Part shown: positions 5,257-5,936 of the stretch, piece after piece | Position numbering within the stretch: position 1 is the first letter of the stretch | Layout: every line of letters starts with the position of its first letter | IMG/VR virus record: IMGVR_UViG_2695420485_000005 | Reading direction: 5' to 3' (one strand) | Length of the DNA stretch: 5,936 bases | Origin: a virus | Taxonomy: Duplodnaviria; Heunggongvirae; Uroviricota; Caudoviricetes | Made by a program: the position numbers and the translations under genes | The notes under the pieces: generated by a model | Database searches by the model: none | Seen by the model: only the letters and a program-made list of their open reading frames with translations | Told to the model about the DNA's origin: nothing

Positions 5257-5282
5257 CCCGGCCTCAGCGCCGGGTTTTCTTT
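5257..5282 (+). terminator. Rho-independent terminator ending the cI/cargo operon (tIMM-like)
   Basis: Stem CCCGGC (5257-5262) / GCCGGG (5269-5274), 6-nt loop, followed by TTTTCTTTG. It lies 9 nt after the stop of the 206-aa gene. Confidence 0.7.
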
Positions 5283-5462
5283 GCCTCACGATCCCCACAC
5301 CTAAAAACACATAACCAATTGTATTTGTTGAAAAATAAATAGATACAACTTGCTAAACAACGCAATCCAGATCTCCCTCAAATCTCTTTATTTATCCTGT
5401 CGAATTCCTACAACAAAATAAAACACCATAAGAATCAATACGATATTTGAAAACCAAGAGAA

Positions 5463-5505
5463 TTTATCATTTTGCTATTGTCATTAATTTATCATTCCGA
5501 TAAAG
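5463..5505 (+). promoter_or_regulatory. OL operators with candidate pL
   Basis: A perfect 17-bp palindrome TTTATCATTCCGATAAA (5488-5504) and an adjacent site TTTATCATTTTGCTATT (5463-5479) 25 bp apart share the half-site used in OR. Candidate pL: -35 TTGTCA (5478-5483) with a poor -10 (ATAAAG/GATAAA, 5499-5505), oriented toward N. Confidence 0.5.
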
Positions 5506-5574
5506 TTCACCCATCAGCAGGACGCACTACTCACCAGGGCGGTGAATATACAACGATTCGAATATGAATCTACG

Positions 5575-5589
5575 GCGCTGACAAAGCGC
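5575..5589 (+). promoter_or_regulatory. nutL boxB hairpin (GCGCT-GACAA-AGCGC)
   Basis: 5-bp stem with a GACAA loop, preceded by CTACG exactly as in nutR. It lies in the leader between the putative pL and N. No convincing boxA was found upstream (best is a weak CGCACTACT at 5523-5531). Confidence 0.6.
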
Positions 5590-5754
5590 AATAACCAAAG
5601 TGAACTTTGGGGTGTGGTGAAGGGTTCATGGACGGGAATATGTCGCACGTAAAGCGGCGAGGCCTGCGGGACTATTGCCGAATTGAAGTAGGCCGAAACA
5701 GGTCGAAATGGGTCTCCCACCTACCACACCACCAAAGTTCATCAGGAGGTCTAT

Positions 5755-5936
5755 ATGACACGCAGAACTCAGTTCAAAGGCAATTCACGTTCTCGTCGTC
5801 GTGAGCGTTTAAAGGCAAAGGCATTAGCTAACGGCGTACTGGCCCGCGAAGAAGCAATAAGTTCAGAAGTATTACACCGCCCTACTCTAAGCAGAGCGCA
5901 GATTCAGGCTAAAGGTACTCACGAAACGCCTGAGCG
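5755..5936 (+). CDS. N: N-type transcription antitermination protein, 5' portion (runs off the window end)
   Basis: ATG at 5755 with SD AGGAGG (5744-5749). The translation MTRRTQFKGNSRSRRRERLKAKALANGVLAREE... has an arginine-rich motif near the N-terminus as in N proteins, and I recall this N-terminus from Stx-phage (H-19B/933W-type) N. The open frame continues to the window end. Not in the ORF track because there is no stop in the window. Confidence 0.8.
   Translation, partial: MTRRTQFKGNSRSRRRERLKAKALANGVLAREEAISSEVLHRPTLSRAQIQAKGTHETPE

Larger units (their letters stand above)
1..5936. mobile_element. Lambdoid prophage early region (replication + immunity + N), partial; mosaic of lambda-like replication module and non-lambda immunity module
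   Basis: Canonical lambdoid synteny ren-P-O-cII-cro | OR | cI-cargo-tIMM-OL/pL-nutL-N, with divergent transcription from a central operator region, ori iterons inside O, and nut sites on both arms. Confidence 0.9.

Noticed and set aside
5283-5460. AT-rich ~180-bp non-coding stretch between the operon terminator and OL, considered as a possible small gene or RNA
   Set aside because: No ORF with start and SD, and no clear hairpin or terminator structure. Most simply it is the spacer and upstream region of pL.
5514-5804. ORFs 5514..5720 (-) and 5607..5804 (+)
   Set aside because: They lie in the pL leader and nutL region and overlap the N start out of frame. The region is better explained as the N leader carrying nutL.
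1-5936. Integrase, transposase, IS element or tRNA (attachment site) signatures
   Set aside because: No recombinase-like ORF, terminal inverted repeats or tRNA-like cloverleaf is evident. The window covers only the internal early region of the prophage.

Overview
This window is the early/immunity region of a lambdoid (lambda-like) prophage, most likely enterobacterial. It is a mosaic: the replication module on the minus strand (ren, P, O with its internal origin) looks near-identical to phage lambda as I recall it, while the immunity module is not lambda (a Cro-like gene, a LexA-like cI repressor with its own TTTATC-N5-GATAAA operators, and an N antiterminator whose nut sites carry a GACAA-loop boxB). 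Gene order is: small ORF, tR2-like terminator, ren, P, O (ori iterons), oop antisense RNA, cII, nutR, cro (all leftward); then OR, cI, a three-gene cargo cassette, terminator, OL/pL, nutL and the 5' part of N (all rightward). The main item for follow-up is that cassette (3785-5248): three uncharacterised genes co-oriented with cI in the slot where lambda carries rexA/rexB. Two of them are AT-rich and translationally coupled, and the last encodes a tail-anchored coiled-coil membrane protein. I propose it as a candidate lysogen-expressed phage-exclusion or abortive-infection module; that function is inference from position and architecture only. All homology statements come from memory of lambda-family proteins, not from a database search.
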